The notes beneath the pieces were generated by a model that was given only the letters and a program-made list of their open reading frames with translations, ran no database searches and was not told the origin of the DNA. A program made the translations under genes and the position numbers. From contig NW_003314322.1 in the NCBI RefSeq assembly GCF_000143415.4, positions 745,430 through 809,429 of the forward strand: a stretch of DNA of 64,000 nucleotides, read 5' to 3'. This document shows positions 60,560 to 64,000 of the stretch, piece after piece. Source of the DNA: Selaginella moellendorffii (taxonomy: Eukaryota; Plantae; Lycopodiophyta). Within the stretch, counting starts at the first letter, position 1. Every line of letters begins with the position of its first letter.

Positions 60560-63500
60560 TCAAAATTATATTTTGTTTTAGAATTAATTTGTGTGGTGGT
60601 AGTCATGATGGGGTGATTGAATTTAAGAATTCAATTGGGAACTCTTCAGGGTGATATGAGTTAACTGTGTCAATGCTTAAGTAAACATATGGATCACCTG
60701 GTAATCTTCTAACAATATCATTATTTATTTTGAATATGTCGTCATTGAGTGGGGTGAGAATAACCTTTGATACAGCTATGTAAGTTTTTATAATGTCATT
60801 AATATTTGGGAAAATAAAGTTTACAATAAGTGTAGAGATAGATAGTGCATGTGGTATTTGGATAATATTTGGTGGGAGACATTGCAACTTCAAACTACTA
60901 TCACCATTGCCAAGTTTGAGAAGCTATTCAGAAAAACAAAAATTACTTAAACACATGCTTTTTTATTAGTGTTAGTGTTGTAAAGAATGACTATAGTCTA
61001 TTCATTTTAACTAAGCTTGAAATAATAGAAGTTCTATAGCCATGGGGAAGAATAGGAAGGGTTTAACGAAAGTCACCATTTGTAATCACTATAACACTTT
61101 CAAATGGTTTAAAATTACATTTGAAATACTTAAAATATTTATCAACTGCAAGAAAGCACCATATTAATTTCATCCCATATGAAAACATTTGTTTGTTTAA
61201 TGGTTTTTCTAGCAACACTATTAATTGTTAAAACAGAAATAAAAGTTTTATTTAAAGGAATAAGAAGTTTAAAAATTGTATGTGCCGGTTGACTATATTT
61301 TAGCAAAATGCTTGCAATCCCAGTCCATGCCATATTGATTACTTTTTTTTTTTTTAATTGTAATGCTGTAATTGATAGTATTAAGTAGAAAAGTTTTCCT
61401 AGTACCACCAGGTCCATCAATAAAAAAACATTGATGCTGATTTGTATCAATGGCATTCATAATGAGGTAAAAAATATAACATTGTTCATAACTAAATTGA
61501 TTTTGTTTGTATTGATTTGGTTTTATAATGGATCAAGGATTTGTGTATTAAGTATGTGTTTGATAATAGGAGTAATAGTTGGGAGTGGTAAACCAAAATC
61601 TTAATTAGATTTATTGTGTAGTTGGAATTTTGAATTAATATTGAGTAAAGCAATATCAAAATAGTTTATATCATTTGTAACATAATCCTCAAACATATCA
61701 ATTTTGAATTGATCCCATAATAAATTTGGATCTCTTTGTGAATAATACAAACAAACAAAAATAAATAACTATTTTAATTGGGATGGCATTTTAAAAGTAG
61801 GAACTTCTTGTATGCAATGTTGTCATTCTGAATCATCTACCAAAAATCCCATTGCCATAACTGCTTGTTTAAAAAAGGAGAAAATAACACATTTGATAAT
61901 ATACATATCCTCAAATGATATAGCACCTTTTTTATAGAGCAATATAAGCTACAAATGGTACAACTCACTATTAAAAAGAGATATGGAATACATTCTTGGT
62001 ATGAGTTTAACTTTTTGTTAGCGTAATTGCCATTTATGAGAGGATTTATTATATGTGTAGTACAATAGAATTTGAGTATATGTATATTGCTTTGCATTAT
62101 TATCTTGCATGTTTAAATTGAACCATTGTGCAAACATTGTTTCATTTTAAGTGGCTTTTTCTAGTGCTCTTTGTTCATGACTTAGTATGAAATAAACATT
62201 TTGAAAATTAGGTAAATGAACTAGAAGGTATATAATAGTTAATGATTTATCATGCATACAAAACTTAAATATATGCTATATGGCTTTAAAAGCAAAAATA
62301 TATTGAGCATCGATAAAATTTGAGATTTTGTCCCAATTTAAAGTCCCTCATTTTTCAGATGCAATTAAGAATTCTAATGTTGCACAATTATAACCTTTGT
62401 GTACATATTGAAATAAATATTTAATACTTTTAATAAAAGCACAGATTTTTACATTGATATGTGATTTATATTTCTTACAAAGGTATTTAATATAAAGAAT
62501 AATCCATCTATTCTCAATAGTACAACCATTTTTTATGAAAGTGATTCCATTATCAGGTTAGTAGTAATCAGGATAACCATCAACACAATAAATGGTTTCA
62601 ACATTAAATTCTTTTGGATAATTCTTAGAGCATTTGTTATTTTTTATGCAAGGGCTTCTAGGATTTAAATAACCACATGGACCATGTATCATATGATTTA
62701 TAATTATGTTATGCAATTTTAGTTTTAGTAGTGGATGTGGCAACTGTGCAATCTCAAATTCATCAACTGAGTTATGGTTTCTTATCTTGTCTTCACTTGA
62801 TAACATTACTAATAAATGACAATGAAACAAACCTCTTTTCTGGAATTCAATAACATAAATATATATGATGCACTTCCCAAAAATTCCTTTAATACTTATA
62901 TCATGTAGGAATTCTTTAAGTTTCAAGTTGAAAACTCTTGAAATAAAATCAAGTCGATCTTGAAGTGATTCATTTGGTTATAAGTTTTTCACAATTTCAG
63001 GCCACTTTAGGTTGTATGTAAATGTAATAAATAAGTCAAGTTTTCCAAAATATGTGATAATAACAATAGCATCTTGACAATATTGTTGCATTACTCGTGG
63101 GCTACTAAGAAATGTAGAAGGCAAAATTATAGCTCTTTTAGTTTCAGTGTTATTAGTAGCGGCTCTGTTACTAACATAGTCCATAAAACCTGTGTAATAA
63201 TCCACTTTTAAGTGTTTTTGATGAGTGCAAAAAAAAATTAAAGTTGTTAGATTCAACCTTTACATAAGCATTAATCATAAATTGTTAAGTGAACTTCCCA
63301 ACATATAGCAATTGATCATAAAGGAAAGAGTTGCCAATGCTATCTCGTTGAAATAATTTATATGTATAGTATTGGAGTAGCATTACATGCAACTCATTGT
63401 GGTAAATTTTTTCATACCAACCTTTATCACCAAATAGTAAAAGTAAAGGATAAATTATAAGATCACAATTTTCATTAAGAATAAAAAGTTGTTTTATGGA

Positions 63501-64000
63501 TGTATGCATATTTCTCTATTAAGAGATGGCTCACCTTCATCAATAGCAAAAACAACAATAACATCATTAATCTGTGGCAAGTTATAACAATGTAAATTAG
63601 TACCTTCACTTCTAACAATCATGTAAATACCATGCTTCAGAGTTCTATTACAAATTAAGTGATGTTGTTCTTGTAGTTCAAGATTATACATCATTTGAAA
63701 AGCTTGTGCATATGGGTTTATTATTCTTAACAAATGATCTAACTATAATAACAAATTAGGATCACAATTTATGTTGAATGGGTTTTGCTTTCTAATATTT
63801 ATAGCCTCAGATGCGTCAAGTATGTAAAGTTGTCCATATGATGGTGGTATCTTAGTAGCAGGATATGCTAAAGTAATATTGTGATAAATTTGACCATGTA
63901 TTCTAAAACAATATAAGCCTTTACCACTTAAATTATCAATATTAACACCCATTGATGCAAAAGCACTATTGAAATTTCTTATGTTAATTTTAAAGTTGGA
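60560..64000 (-). mobile_element. Decayed Helitron Rep/PIF1 helicase, running off the window end
   Basis: FRIHGQIYH, ILPSTF..SPR.M, DLFITFT.N..WPEI, IEFQKRGLFHCH (HUH), MIHGPCG, DGPGGTRKT, AWTGIAS, WDEI, EFLNSI; many stops and frameshifts. Confidence 0.92.

Overview
Compact, intron-rich eukaryotic DNA. Introns of about 50-60 nt, dense head-to-head gene pairs, PLS-type PPR remnants and a roadblock dynein light chain suggest a lycophyte such as Selaginella (inference). From 0 to 37.5 kb the window is gene-dense: two paralogues of an unrecognised two-repeat protein, G-patch, Sec14/CRAL-TRIO, a tandemly duplicated [kelch-fusion gene + tRNA-Arg(ACG) + SAL1] block, OEP40-like, alpha-amylase, a methyltransferase, inositol 5-phosphatase, a nucleoside hydrolase-like gene, a CoA carrier, a coiled-coil protein, roadblock LC7 and a Trp synthase alpha-like gene. 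From 37.5 to 64 kb it is transposon-rich: a full-length Ty3/gypsy, decayed gene remnants, a Ty1/copia with identical LTRs inside a PPR pseudogene, an intact LRR receptor-like protein and a decayed Helitron. Three leads stand out. (1) An ACBP4/5-type kelch propeller gene is spliced in frame onto an intronless domain resembling Crinkler-type Ubl + restriction-endonuclease-fold effectors, and lies just downstream of a tRNA gene. (2) An unrecognised protein family is built from two ~130-aa repeats with duplicated intron structure and is present in two intact copies. (3) The nucleoside hydrolase has lost its Ca2+-ligand aspartates and is a candidate pseudoenzyme. All family assignments come from motif recognition and manual splicing; no database searches were run.
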